DNA of 36,299 nt from Armatimonadota bacterium (lineage in GTDB: Bacteria > Armatimonadota > Fimbriimonadia > Fimbriimonadales > Fimbriimonadaceae): NCBI GenBank assembly GCA_031400935.1, contig JANNQV010000027.1, forward strand, positions 248,001 to 284,299, in the 5' to 3' direction. The number at the start of each line of letters is the position of its first letter. The stretch's first letter is position 1. The position numbers and the translations under genes are program-made. The notes under the pieces were generated by a model. The model was not told where the DNA came from and ran no database searches. It saw nothing but the letters and a program-made list of their open reading frames with translations. Positions 1 to 9,425 of the stretch are shown in pieces.

Positions 1-375
1 GTATTGCACGGTTTTTTTCAAAACTTGCCAAATGAGCTTGGAGAGGCTGCAATGATTGATGGATGCAGTCACAGCAAGACATTTTTCAGAGTAATGTTTC
101 CGCTAGCACGTCCAGGCGTTCTAGTTGTTGGAGTGTTTAATGCAATCGGACTTTGGAATGAATATAACCTTGCAAAAGTCTTGTTTGCTTCTGATAAGGA
201 CAATTCAACACTCCCCATCGGAATAACCAATATGGTTACCGCGCAGCAATATGCCTCGAACTGGGGAGCTACTTTTGCAGCTTTAGTGATAGTAATGCTT
301 CCCGTGATGATTGTCTATTGGTTCTTCCGCGACAAGATTCATGAGACGATGTTGGCTGGGGCAGTTAAGGGGTAG
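1..375 (+). CDS. Carbohydrate ABC transporter permease (MalG-like), C-terminal part, 5'-truncated by window edge
   Basis: Frame is open from base 1; EAA motif (ELGEAAMIDG), FPLARPG, WNEY and TLPIG, with hydrophobic helices. Confidence 0.9.
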   Translation, partial: VLHGFFQNLPNELGEAAMIDGCSHSKTFFRVMFPLARPGVLVVGVFNAIGLWNEYNLAKVLFASDKDNSTLPIGITNMVTAQQYASNWGATFAALVIVMLPVMIVYWFFRDKIHETMLAGAVKG

Positions 376-379
376 TCCC

Positions 380-838
380 TTACACTTTCCGAATCGGAAT
401 ATACAATTCCGTAACCCACTTCGAAGAATCTGGCTCTTCACCAGGGTCAGTTACATAGGAATCCCAGCATGGGGTGTCGGCTAAAACGCCATTTATCTCT
501 GCATATTTCCAAAGGTCCAGCCATGTTTTCGGCAGCCCCTCGTAGGGACCAATGTGTTCGCTGTAAAGCGCAGTGCATGCTGGATAGGTCCTAATTTCGG
601 TATCCAGCCCTGCAACTGTGCCTTCAACGACTGGACAGGCGGCTTCAATAAGACAGGTCGGCGGAGTCCAATCGTAATATTTGATCATGGGTGGGCCGAT
701 CATTTCAGCTTCGGGATTCGACTGCGAGATTTGGCCAAACATTTCGGGAATTATTTTTGTAAGATCGTCCGAATTGCACGTTCTTCGAACTACAATCGCC
801 GTTACGGCTTCAACGGCGATGAAATCAATTTCAGCCAT
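380..838 (-). CDS. GyrI-like small-molecule binding domain protein
   Basis: HIGPYEGL and SYVTDPGEEPDSSKWVTELYIP are typical GyrI-like motifs. Start at ATG 838 is preferred; the ORF track extends to 853. Confidence 0.8.
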   Translation of the reverse strand: MAEIDFIAVEAVTAIVVRRTCNSDDLTKIIPEMFGQISQSNPEAEMIGPPMIKYYDWTPPTCLIEAACPVVEGTVAGLDTEIRTYPACTALYSEHIGPYEGLPKTWLDLWKYAEINGVLADTPCWDSYVTDPGEEPDSSKWVTELYIPIRKV

Positions 839-902
839 GTCCCATTTTGGCACGAGGATTGGTTAAGGGCAAGTCTGAGAAATTGGTTGGTAAGCTTGAA
901 CA

Positions 903-1763
903 ATGCTATTGAAGGCGATCAATTATTGGTCATATCCCGGCGGATTAGAAGGTCAACTAGACCCGTTTGATTTCTTGAGACTTGCAAAGGCACACGGGTA
1001 CGAAGCGGCGGAATTGGCTATTGGTGAACCTGGAACAGCGTTTGGATCCGACGCGACAAAATCCTTTTGCGATGAACTTGTTGCCGAAGCATCAAGGTTG
1101 GAATTGAAGTTGCTCAGCGTAGCAAGCGGCCTCTATTGGGGTCGAAATCTTGGCGACGCCGATCCTGTTGTTCGTGCACATGCGGCCGCTGATCTTGAAA
1201 AAATGCTTCAGATATCGGCTTGGCTAGGCGCGAAAACACTTTTGACGATTCCTGGCGCAGTAGATGTGTTTTTCATGCCGGTACGTCCAACTCAATCCTA
1301 CGCGGAAGTCTGGAAAAACGCAACCAATGGCTTGCGCGCGATGCTTCCTGTCGCTGAATCGTGCGGCGTTCGAATAGGAATCGAGAATGTTTGGAATAAA
1401 TTTTTGATGAGTCCGCAAGAGATGGCAACATTTATTGATCAGTTTGAATCCCCATGGGTCGGGGCGTACGTAGATGTGGCCAATCTCTTGCCATTTGGGC
1501 AAGCCGAGGACTGGCTCCGACATTTAGGCATACGAGTTGTTGGGATCCATTTCAAAGATTTTCGGCGAGCTGTTGGAACAGCAGAAGGCTTTGTTGACCT
1601 GCTGGAAGGCGACGTAAATTGGCCGGAGGTGATGAAGGCGATTGGCGAATTTGGCTACGATGGGCCAGTTGTGGCAGAACTGATTCCTCAATACAAGAAT
1701 TATCCCCTGGTAAGAGCTAAGAATTGTTCAGTCGCAATGGACGCTATTTTGGGCCGCAGATAA
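903..1763 (+). CDS. Sugar phosphate isomerase/epimerase (xylose isomerase-like TIM barrel)
   Basis: Metal-binding motifs IENVWNKFL, YVDVAN, IHFKDF and GDVNW. Confidence 0.88.
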   Translation: MLLKAINYWSYPGGLEGQLDPFDFLRLAKAHGYEAAELAIGEPGTAFGSDATKSFCDELVAEASRLELKLLSVASGLYWGRNLGDADPVVRAHAAADLEKMLQISAWLGAKTLLTIPGAVDVFFMPVRPTQSYAEVWKNATNGLRAMLPVAESCGVRIGIENVWNKFLMSPQEMATFIDQFESPWVGAYVDVANLLPFGQAEDWLRHLGIRVVGIHFKDFRRAVGTAEGFVDLLEGDVNWPEVMKAIGEFGYDGPVVAELIPQYKNYPLVRAKNCSVAMDAILGRR

Positions 1764-1779
1764 ATATTGGGAATGAGTT

Positions 1780-1907
1780 TCTCGCAAAGGCGCAAAGCAC
1801 GCAAAGAAGAGACTTAATTATTCAAATGAAATGAACAACATTCTAAGTGAGAGGTCTTTCAATTGGATTTCTTGAGATTCCTTTGCGTTCTTTGCGCCTT
1901 TGCGAGA
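1780..1907. repeat. 27-bp inverted repeat built of CGCAAAG(NN) 9-mers, between convergent genes
   Basis: TCTCGCAAAGGCGCAAAGCACGCAAAG (1780-1806) versus CTTTGCGTTCTTTGCGCCTTTGCGAGA (1881-1907): 26/27 complementary, with an AT-rich 74-nt spacer. Confidence 0.92.
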
Positions 1908-1946
1908 GATTGGCGCAATGGTACTCAAGGCTAAAGCAGAAGTAGT

Positions 1947-2645
1947 TCATTGTTTGTAAGGCAAGAACCGACTCGCCATAAATTGGGGATGTGGCTCAGC
2001 CAGCACAATGCCGCCATAGACCAGAGGATCAGATTTCACCCAGTCTGTAACTTCCTGTAACTTCCCAGAATGGAAATAGAGCAGTCCCACCACGGACGGG
2101 TCCGTGCCGCCCGAAAGTCGGGACCAAAAGGCGAGTTTGCCAGACTTCATCCATTCGGCTTCGCTTGGCATCAGATTAAACTTGCCGGATGACTTTGATC
2201 GGCTCCAATTTGGCCCCCTTTTTAGAATGACTAGGCTGTTGCCAGTCATTTTGACTTCGGCGGCGAAGTCTATTTTCTCCCAGGATGCTTTTCCCATTTC
2301 ATATGCGTCAATGGCGAGAATCCCATGCTCGACAAATGGGTCCGTTGCGAAATACTGTTTGAAATCAGCCCGGGATTTGGCTCCGACAGTGATAATTCCT
2401 CGAATGAACCCGTCGTCGGTTAGCGGTCCGACAAAAATCAGCTTCCCAAGTCCATCGAGCCTGCCAAAGTTCGCGAGGTGTTTGGCTTGCATTTCGTTAA
2501 CCTCTTTCGGTGGCATGGTTGTGGTCAGGCTCCGCTTCGATCCCTTGTTCAACAAGATGAAGTATCGCTTTTCGGCGAGTGCTGGGAAATTCGGGAAATC
2601 TTGAGTACTCATAAGGGAAGTAGCGCAGACAATAGCGGTGATCAT
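1947..2645 (-). CDS. Secreted protein with tandem YciI-like domains
   Basis: Hydrophobic N-terminus; domain 1 HLANF...GKLIFVGPL...TDPFV; domain 2 GKLAF...SDPLV. Start at 2645 or 2651. Confidence 0.72.
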   Translation of the reverse strand: MITAIVCATSLMSTQDFPNFPALAEKRYFILLNKGSKRSLTTTMPPKEVNEMQAKHLANFGRLDGLGKLIFVGPLTDDGFIRGIITVGAKSRADFKQYFATDPFVEHGILAIDAYEMGKASWEKIDFAAEVKMTGNSLVILKRGPNWSRSKSSGKFNLMPSEAEWMKSGKLAFWSRLSGGTDPSVVGLLYFHSGKLQEVTDWVKSDPLVYGGIVLAEPHPQFMASRFLPYKQ

Positions 2646-2713
2646 TGGCATATTATCCCACAGCGAATCGAAATGAGAGCAAGAATTGCGATTTGAAAGG
2701 TAAACAGTTTGGA

Positions 2714-3625
2714 ATGAATAATTGGACAGGAGTGTTTCCAGCTGTAACGACCCAATTTCGCAAAGACCTCTCGATAAATTTTGAGGCCACGACAGAACAT
2801 ATCGAAGTTCTCATCCAATCGGGAGTTTCAGGTCTAGTCATGCTCGGTTCGCTTGGCGAAAACAATGCGTTGCTTCCAGAAGAAAAAATTGAAGTGATTC
2901 GACTGTCCATTTCAGCTTCAAATGGAAGGGTTCCAGTGGTATCCGGTGTCTCAGAACTAAGCACGAATTCAGCATGTGCATTCGCCAAAAGAATGGAAGA
3001 AATCGGCGCAGATGGACTTATGGTAATGCCTGCGATGGCGTACAAGGCTCAGGCAGACGAGTCAATTCCGTATTTTCGCGCCGTAGCCGATGCAAGCGGC
3101 CTTCCAATTATCGTTTACAATAATCCGGTTGCATATCATGTTGATTTGAAGCCGGAACACTTCAAAATTCTGGCCGACGAGCCGAAATTTGTCGCCATCA
3201 AAGAAAGTTCTGGGGATACGAGGCGATTTACAGATTTGTTCAACGCTGTTGGCGATCGGTATAAGCTGTTTGCAGGCGTGGACGATCTGATTTTTGAATG
3301 CACAGCACTCGGGGCGACTGGCTGGATTGCAGGTATTGGTTTGGCATTTCCGGCTGAAAATCAATATCTTTGGAATTTGATGATTGCTGGAAGATGGGAA
3401 GAGGCGAGGGAAATCTATCGCTGGTTTACTCCGCTTCTTCACTTGGATGTTGGCTTGAAATTTGTACAAAACATCAAACTTGCCATACAAGAAGTTGGAC
3501 TGGGAAGCGAGTGGGTGCGCGGTCCGCGACTACCTCTGTGCGACGAAGAACGAGAGAGGGTTTTGAATATCATTCGGACAGGAATCGAGAATCGGCCATT
3601 CATTCCTGAGAAGGCTAAGGCTTGA
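2714..3625 (+). CDS. lhpC: DapA-family protein, probable delta1-pyrroline-4-hydroxy-2-carboxylate deaminase
   Basis: GVFPAVTTQF, GSLGE, YNNP and catalytic Lys in IKESS; lies next to hydroxyproline epimerase. Start ATG 2714. Confidence 0.82.
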   Translation: MNNWTGVFPAVTTQFRKDLSINFEATTEHIEVLIQSGVSGLVMLGSLGENNALLPEEKIEVIRLSISASNGRVPVVSGVSELSTNSACAFAKRMEEIGADGLMVMPAMAYKAQADESIPYFRAVADASGLPIIVYNNPVAYHVDLKPEHFKILADEPKFVAIKESSGDTRRFTDLFNAVGDRYKLFAGVDDLIFECTALGATGWIAGIGLAFPAENQYLWNLMIAGRWEEAREIYRWFTPLLHLDVGLKFVQNIKLAIQEVGLGSEWVRGPRLPLCDEERERVLNIIRTGIENRPFIPEKAKA

Positions 3626-3629
3626 TAAT

Positions 3630-4556
3630 TTGAGAATCAAAGTCATTGATTCGCATACAGGAGGAGAGCCCACAAGGGTTGTGATCGAGGGCTTTCCAGA
3701 GCTTTTTGGGGCAACTCTGGTCGAAAAGCGGGATGATTTCAAAAGTAAATGTGACCATCTGCGAACCGGAATTCTTTCTGAACCGAGAGGCAGCGAGATT
3801 CTTGTTGGCGCCTTGTTAACCGAGCCATGCGATCCAAGTTGCGACTTCGGACTGATCTTTTTCAATAATGTCGGGATGCTCGGAATGTGCGGGCACGGAA
3901 CGATTGGGGTTGTCGAAACTCTCAATCACCTTGGAAAGATCGGCGTCGGGAAGGTTAATTTTGAAGCTCCAGTCGGTAAGGTTTCGGCAGAGCTTTATGA
4001 AGATGGGAGAGTGGCGATTCAAAATGTGGCGAGCTACCGGTATCGAAAAGACGTAACGGCGACATTGCAAGGGATGGACTACATCGGCGACATAGCTTAT
4101 GGAGGAAATTGGTTCTTTCTAGTCAAATCGCCTTTGATTCCACTCGATTTGGTGAATCATCGTGCACTTTCAGAGACGACCGTCGAATTGATGAATGCGC
4201 TTAATGAACCCGGCATCATAGGCGAGAATGGCGCAAGAATTGACCACATCGAACTCTTCGATAAGTCAAAAATCGCCGATTCCAAAAACTTTGTCATGTG
4301 CCCTGGCGGCCAATACGATCGCTCGCCATGCGGAACCGGAACCAGCGCAAAAATGGCTTGCCTCTGTGAAGATGGCAAACTAATGGAAGGCGAAATCTGG
4401 AGACAGGAAAGCATTACTGGAAGCGTTTTTGAAGGGTATGTGACCGTTGTGGATGGGAAGATACTCCCCACGATAATTGGCAGAGCACACGTAGTCGCTG
4501 AATCTGAATTGATCTTTTTGGACGACGATCCGCTTCGATGGGGCGCAAAAATTTGA
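3630..4556 (+). CDS. lhpA: 4-hydroxyproline 2-epimerase (proline racemase family)
   Basis: IDSHTGGEPTR, MCGHGT and DRSPCGTGTSA (both catalytic Cys present); TTG start. Confidence 0.9.
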   Translation: MRIKVIDSHTGGEPTRVVIEGFPELFGATLVEKRDDFKSKCDHLRTGILSEPRGSEILVGALLTEPCDPSCDFGLIFFNNVGMLGMCGHGTIGVVETLNHLGKIGVGKVNFEAPVGKVSAELYEDGRVAIQNVASYRYRKDVTATLQGMDYIGDIAYGGNWFFLVKSPLIPLDLVNHRALSETTVELMNALNEPGIIGENGARIDHIELFDKSKIADSKNFVMCPGGQYDRSPCGTGTSAKMACLCEDGKLMEGEIWRQESITGSVFEGYVTVVDGKILPTIIGRAHVVAESELIFLDDDPLRWGAKI

Positions 4557-5800
4557 AGTCAGTCGTCGTCGTTGGCAGTGGGATTATTGGGCTGTGCTGC
4601 GCGTACTATTTGGTTGAAAAGGGCCATGAAGTCACTTTGCTCGATGAAGGCCCCGAAGATTCAAAAAATTGTTCAACTGGCAATTCAGGGCTCATAGTTC
4701 CCAGCCATTTTGTGCCCCTTGCCAGCCCAGGCATGATCCAATACGGCTTGGGTCAAATGCTTCAAGAAGGCTCGCCATTTGGAGTTCGCTCGCCTTTTGA
4801 TCCGGAATTCCTAAAGTGGGCAAAATTGTTTGCACTTGCTTGCAAAAGGAACAAGATTGAGTTGCTCGCTCCGCTATTGATTGATGCTCACATGGCGAGT
4901 AAAGCGCTCTATTTGGAAATGGAAGGTGATTCAAATCAGGGATTTGCTGTCCGACAAAATGGACTCTATATGTTATGTCATTCCGAATTCGAAATGATAG
5001 AACAAGCGGAGTCGTTGGAGTTTGCGGGCAAACTTGGCATTGAATCTCGAATGGCAGATGCCCAGGAAATGCAAAGCCGTTTTCCCGGAATCTCCAGCAA
5101 AATAAGGGGAGGAGCATTTTTCCCACACGATGCCTCAATTGATCCTGAACTCATGTTGAATTGGCTCCGGAAAGAGCTGAAAACTAAAGTTAATTTCCGA
5201 TTCCATTCGCCTGTCACTGCATTTGATATAGGTGCTTCGAGAGTTCGATCTGCGGTTTCAGAAAATCGAAAAATTGCAGGGGATCAATTCATTATCGCGA
5301 CAGGTTCATCCTTAGAGGCGAGTTGTAGAATGCTAGGTGCATTTGTCCCGACTCAATCTGGGAGGGGGTATTCCGTGACCCTCGAAATACCCAACGGCAT
5401 TCCCACATCTTCGTGTATTGACGGGTCTGCCAGGCTTGCCATAACTCCACTTGGGGACCAAGTGAGATTTGGCGGCACAATGGAAATTGGGGGCTCATTA
5501 GATAAAGTGAATGAAGAAAGAATTGAAACGATGAAAACGTCAATTCAAGCTCTCTTTCCAGAAATTCCGCGTCGAAACATCGAAGAAGCACCAGTTTGGA
5601 GCGGGCTCAGGCCGTTGTCGCCCGACGGTTTGCCATACATTGGCAAGCTTGCCAAAACGGACAACGTGTATGTCGCCGGCGGTCATGCGATGATGGGAGT
5701 GTCGCTCGGTCCGATTACCGGTAAGCTGATTTCGGAACTCATTTCGGGTGATAAGCCCTCTCTCGATCTCAACATTTTCAACCCAAATCGCTATGACTGA
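4553..5800 (+). CDS. lhpB: FAD-dependent D-amino acid dehydrogenase (DadA-like), probable D-hydroxyproline dehydrogenase
   Basis: GSGIIG Rossmann motif, WSGLRPLSPDGLPYIG and GHAMMG; TTGA start/stop overlap with lhpA. Confidence 0.8.
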   Translation: MKSVVVVGSGIIGLCCAYYLVEKGHEVTLLDEGPEDSKNCSTGNSGLIVPSHFVPLASPGMIQYGLGQMLQEGSPFGVRSPFDPEFLKWAKLFALACKRNKIELLAPLLIDAHMASKALYLEMEGDSNQGFAVRQNGLYMLCHSEFEMIEQAESLEFAGKLGIESRMADAQEMQSRFPGISSKIRGGAFFPHDASIDPELMLNWLRKELKTKVNFRFHSPVTAFDIGASRVRSAVSENRKIAGDQFIIATGSSLEASCRMLGAFVPTQSGRGYSVTLEIPNGIPTSSCIDGSARLAITPLGDQVRFGGTMEIGGSLDKVNEERIETMKTSIQALFPEIPRRNIEEAPVWSGLRPLSPDGLPYIGKLAKTDNVYVAGGHAMMGVSLGPITGKLISELISGDKPSLDLNIFNPNRYD

Positions 5801-7304
5801 TACCTTCACTTTAACTGGCCGCAATTTCATTGGATCAAATCCGAGTACCAAAGGAAATGACATTTTTCAAGCAATTGACCCGAAAACCGGAGTGCCCTTT
5901 GGTACCGAATTTCACTCGGCAACAAGCGAAGAAATAGGCTATGCGGCCATCCTAGCAGCGGAAGCATTTGAAACATTTGGGCACTCAATGGGAGCAAGTA
6001 GGGCCGAATTTCTTGAAGCGATTGCATCCGAAATGGAATCCAATTCTCAAGCGATTATTGAGCAGGCAAACTTCGAAACCGCACTACCCATTCCTCGCCT
6101 CGAAGGCGAAATGAAACGAACAACGGGCCAGTTGAGAATGTTCGCAGAATTTGTTCGAGACGACTCATGGGTTGATGCCCGCATCGAAATTGCGATTCCA
6201 GGCAGATCGCCGATTCCCAAACCAGATTTGAGGCGAATGCTCATTCCAATCGGCCCTATTGCGGTATTCGGGTCCAGCAACTTTCCATTAGCTTATAGCG
6301 TTGCCGGAGGCGATACTGCTTCTGCACTAGCCGCCGGATGCCCTGTAATTGTCAAGGCGCATCCGGCTCATCCAGGAACATCGGAACTGGTGGCGCAGTG
6401 TGTTTTGAAGGCCGCGAAGGCGAGGGAACAACCAAACGGCGTGTTTTCGATGATTCATGGCGGTCCAGGTCCGGGAATCGCACTAGTTCACCACCGTATA
6501 TTGAAGGGAGTTGGGTTTACAGGTTCGCTGCAAGGCGGAAGGGCACTTTTTGATGCCGCAAATTCACGACCAGTTCCGATTCCAGTTTTTGCTGAAATGG
6601 GAAGCGTGAACCCAGTTTTCATCTTGCCGTCCGCACTTGAAGACGATGTTAGCGGCTTGGCAAAGGGCTATGCCGGGTCACTAACACTTGGGGTCGGACA
6701 GTTTTGTACGAACCCCGGAATTGTCGTTGCTTTAGAATCGTCGATGCTGGACGAGTGGGTTTCGCAAGTTCAAAGCGAGATATCTGGTCAATCTGGAACC
6801 ATGCTCACGCCAAATATTGGCAAGTCATATTGTGCAAGTGTCGGGAATTTGAGTTCTTATCCTTCAGTTGGTACAATTGTTGCCTCCAGTGAGCCTGGGA
6901 CACCATCCCTGTTCAAATGCGAAGCAAAAGCATTTCTTGAAGACGATTCCCTGCAAAGCGAAGTGTTTGGCCCATGCGGACTAGTCGTGGTTTGCAAATC
7001 TGCTGATGAAATGTTGCAAGTTGCAAAATCTCTGCATGGCCAATTGACTGCGACGATTCACTCGAAGCCAAGTGAAGTACCCAAAGAGCTCATTCGAATT
7101 TTGGAGCAAAAGGCAGGCCGACTGGTATTCAATGGATGGCCGACTGGCGTTGAAGTTTGCGCTGCAATGACGCATGGGGGGCCATATCCAGCTTCAACAG
7201 ACTCCAGATTTTCCGCAGTTGGCACGACAAGCATCGCACGTTGGGTGCGCCCAATTTCTTATCAGAATTGGCCGATCGAACTATTGCCTTCCGAATTACG
7301 TTGA
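5793..7304 (+). CDS. lhpG: Aldehyde dehydrogenase (NADP+), probable alpha-ketoglutaric semialdehyde dehydrogenase
   Basis: GPIAVFGSSNFPLAYS, GFTGS, EMGSVNP, GQFCT and EVFGP; start overlaps the lhpB stop. Confidence 0.85.
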   Translation: MTDTFTLTGRNFIGSNPSTKGNDIFQAIDPKTGVPFGTEFHSATSEEIGYAAILAAEAFETFGHSMGASRAEFLEAIASEMESNSQAIIEQANFETALPIPRLEGEMKRTTGQLRMFAEFVRDDSWVDARIEIAIPGRSPIPKPDLRRMLIPIGPIAVFGSSNFPLAYSVAGGDTASALAAGCPVIVKAHPAHPGTSELVAQCVLKAAKAREQPNGVFSMIHGGPGPGIALVHHRILKGVGFTGSLQGGRALFDAANSRPVPIPVFAEMGSVNPVFILPSALEDDVSGLAKGYAGSLTLGVGQFCTNPGIVVALESSMLDEWVSQVQSEISGQSGTMLTPNIGKSYCASVGNLSSYPSVGTIVASSEPGTPSLFKCEAKAFLEDDSLQSEVFGPCGLVVVCKSADEMLQVAKSLHGQLTATIHSKPSEVPKELIRILEQKAGRLVFNGWPTGVEVCAAMTHGGPYPASTDSRFSAVGTTSIARWVRPISYQNWPIELLPSELR

Positions 7305-7320
7305 AAAACACTAAGAAAGT

Positions 7321-7349
7321 TTGCATATTTTGATCGAGGTCGTTATAAT
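7321..7349 (+). promoter_or_regulatory. Sigma70-type promoter TTGCAT-N17-TATAAT, 5 nt before ATG 7355 (leaderless)
   Basis: TTGCAT at 7321-7326, TATAAT at 7344-7349, 17-nt spacer. Confidence 0.75.
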
Positions 7350-7354
7350 TGATC

Positions 7355-7789
7355 ATGCGTTTGATTGCACTTGCATTTATTGTTTTTGTAGTAGCGAGCT
7401 GCATTCCGATTGCACAAGAATTGCCTGATGAATCGAAACTGACTGAAGCGGACAAGGCGATAGCAACAACGTTTTCAAGTGCAATTGATGCTACCGAATG
7501 GCTCATGGACACAAAGCACACTCTTAGAGGTTTCCCGATGGAACGTACATCAGAATTGTTGAAAACTCTTTTGGATGAAGGAGCAACCGAACTGAAGGTG
7601 GATCAGATCGTTCCAGATTCAAATGATCCGTCATTTCAATCGGCTGGAATGCTGTTTGTTAAGCTGCCACGCTCAGAAAAGGGTCGAAAGGACGTACTAC
7701 GGTTCGTGAGCAAAATGACCGGAATCGAAAGGCAAGACAGAGGTCAAAGCGTTGTTGAAATCTCGTTTCAAGGCGGGCAAGGGCACTAG
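7355..7789 (+). CDS. Hypothetical exported protein / probable lipoprotein
   Basis: MRLIALAFIVFVVASC signal with lipobox-like VASC; has its own promoter; no family recognised. Confidence 0.7.
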   Translation: MRLIALAFIVFVVASCIPIAQELPDESKLTEADKAIATTFSSAIDATEWLMDTKHTLRGFPMERTSELLKTLLDEGATELKVDQIVPDSNDPSFQSAGMLFVKLPRSEKGRKDVLRFVSKMTGIERQDRGQSVVEISFQGGQGH

Positions 7790-7826
7790 CGGGCAAAAGC
7801 GGATTCATACAGTTCATGATAAATAA

Positions 7827-9425
7827 ATGTTAGTCGCGCTCTCACTGGCGAGCCTTTTTTCGCTCAAATTGGTTACTGAAATGCAAACTCCTGAACTCTC
7901 CATCGTGCCAAAGCCGGTATCAATTCGAGTCCTTGGAGGAACGTTTGAAATTACAAATACGACTACCATTGCTGCCAAGAACGAGGCGATAGGAGTCGGA
8001 CGGAGGGCCCAAGGTGAATTGCAGCGAATAACTGGGTTTGAGTTTGCGCCTGGAATGTCGAAAACGAAGGGAACCATTCAATTTAGCCTCGATCCGAAAA
8101 TGGCGTCCAAATTTGGTAACGAAGGGTACATCCTTCGTGCAGAAGGCAACCAGGCAACCATTCATGCAGCCAATCCTAGCGGTTTGTTTTACGGCTTTCA
8201 AACTCTTCGACAATTGTTTGGTAATCAGCTATTCGAATCAAGAAAGGGCGGCTCTAAGTTGACGACCCCAGCTATCGAGATAGAGGATTATCCTCGATTT
8301 TCTTGGCGGGGAGCGCATATGGACGTCGCTCGACACTATCAGCCCAAAGAGTTCATTTTAGAATTTCTCGACCTGATGGCAATGCACAAGTTAAATACCT
8401 TTCATTGGCATCTGACCGACGATCAAGGTTGGCGAATAGAGATTAAGAAGTATCCAAAACTCGCGAAGATAGGTTCAAAGCGCAAGGACACTATGCTCGC
8501 TTACGATCCGCCGAAGTATTCGGGGCAGCCTCATGAAGGCTACTACACTCAGGCCGAAATTCGCGAAATCGTAGCCTACGCCGCCGCAAGGTTCATTAAA
8601 GTTGTCCCCGAAATTGAAATGCCTGGCCATGCTCAGGCGGCTATCGCCGCGTATCCTGAACTGGGCAACAGCAACGCAGAAATCGAAGTTTTGACCAAAT
8701 GGGGAGTAAGTGAAGACGTCTTTAATGTTAAGGATTCCACAATTGAGTTCCTGCAAAATGTTTTGACGGAAGTGATGGGTCTTTTCCCTGGACAGTTCAT
8801 CCACATAGGCGGAGACGAATGTCCTAAAGTGCAATGGAAAAGCGATGCGTTTGCTCAGGCAAAAATGGCGAAGCTTGGCATCAAAGACGAACACGCATTG
8901 CAAAGTTGGTTTGTTCAGCAAATGGACCAGTTCTTGACTGCTAAAGGAAGACGACTAATTGGATGGTCTGAGATTTTGGAAGGGGGATTGGCTCCTGGCG
9001 CCGCCCTCATGGTTTGGCTTGGAAATGAGGGAGCCATGGAAGCAGTTTCAAGCGGTCATGACGTAGTCATGGCGCAGACGACTCATACCTATTTCGACTA
9101 TTATCAAGGGAAAGACCGAACTAAGGAGCCTCATTCAATTGGCGGCTTTTTGCCTGTTGAAAAGGTGTATGAATACAATCCGATCTTGCCAACGATGAGC
9201 GCAGAACAAGCGAAGCATGTGCTCGGTTGTCAGTTCCAATTGTGGTCGGAATACATTCCAAATCCTAGTCACATGGAATACATGGCGTTTCCGAGAGCAT
9301 GTGCTTTAGCTGAAGTCGCTTGGACGCCACAAGAACAAAGGAGTTGGCCAGATTTTCGAGCTCGGCTAGGAAAGCATGTGCTTCGGCTCAAGGCTTTAGG
9401 AGTTTATTTCAGGCTGTTGGATTGA
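7827..9425 (+). CDS. Beta-N-acetylhexosaminidase, GH20 (with GH20b N-terminal domain)
   Basis: DYPRFSWRG, DVARH, HWHLTDDQGWR, PEIEMPGH, catalytic HIGGDE and LWSEY. Confidence 0.95.
   Translation: MLVALSLASLFSLKLVTEMQTPELSIVPKPVSIRVLGGTFEITNTTTIAAKNEAIGVGRRAQGELQRITGFEFAPGMSKTKGTIQFSLDPKMASKFGNEGYILRAEGNQATIHAANPSGLFYGFQTLRQLFGNQLFESRKGGSKLTTPAIEIEDYPRFSWRGAHMDVARHYQPKEFILEFLDLMAMHKLNTFHWHLTDDQGWRIEIKKYPKLAKIGSKRKDTMLAYDPPKYSGQPHEGYYTQAEIREIVAYAAARFIKVVPEIEMPGHAQAAIAAYPELGNSNAEIEVLTKWGVSEDVFNVKDSTIEFLQNVLTEVMGLFPGQFIHIGGDECPKVQWKSDAFAQAKMAKLGIKDEHALQSWFVQQMDQFLTAKGRRLIGWSEILEGGLAPGAALMVWLGNEGAMEAVSSGHDVVMAQTTHTYFDYYQGKDRTKEPHSIGGFLPVEKVYEYNPILPTMSAEQAKHVLGCQFQLWSEYIPNPSHMEYMAFPRACALAEVAWTPQEQRSWPDFRARLGKHVLRLKALGVYFRLLD

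Noticed and set aside
2714..3625. Annotation as lysine-pathway dapA
   Set aside because: GSLGE instead of GTTGE and the operon context favour a hydroxyproline-pathway deaminase.
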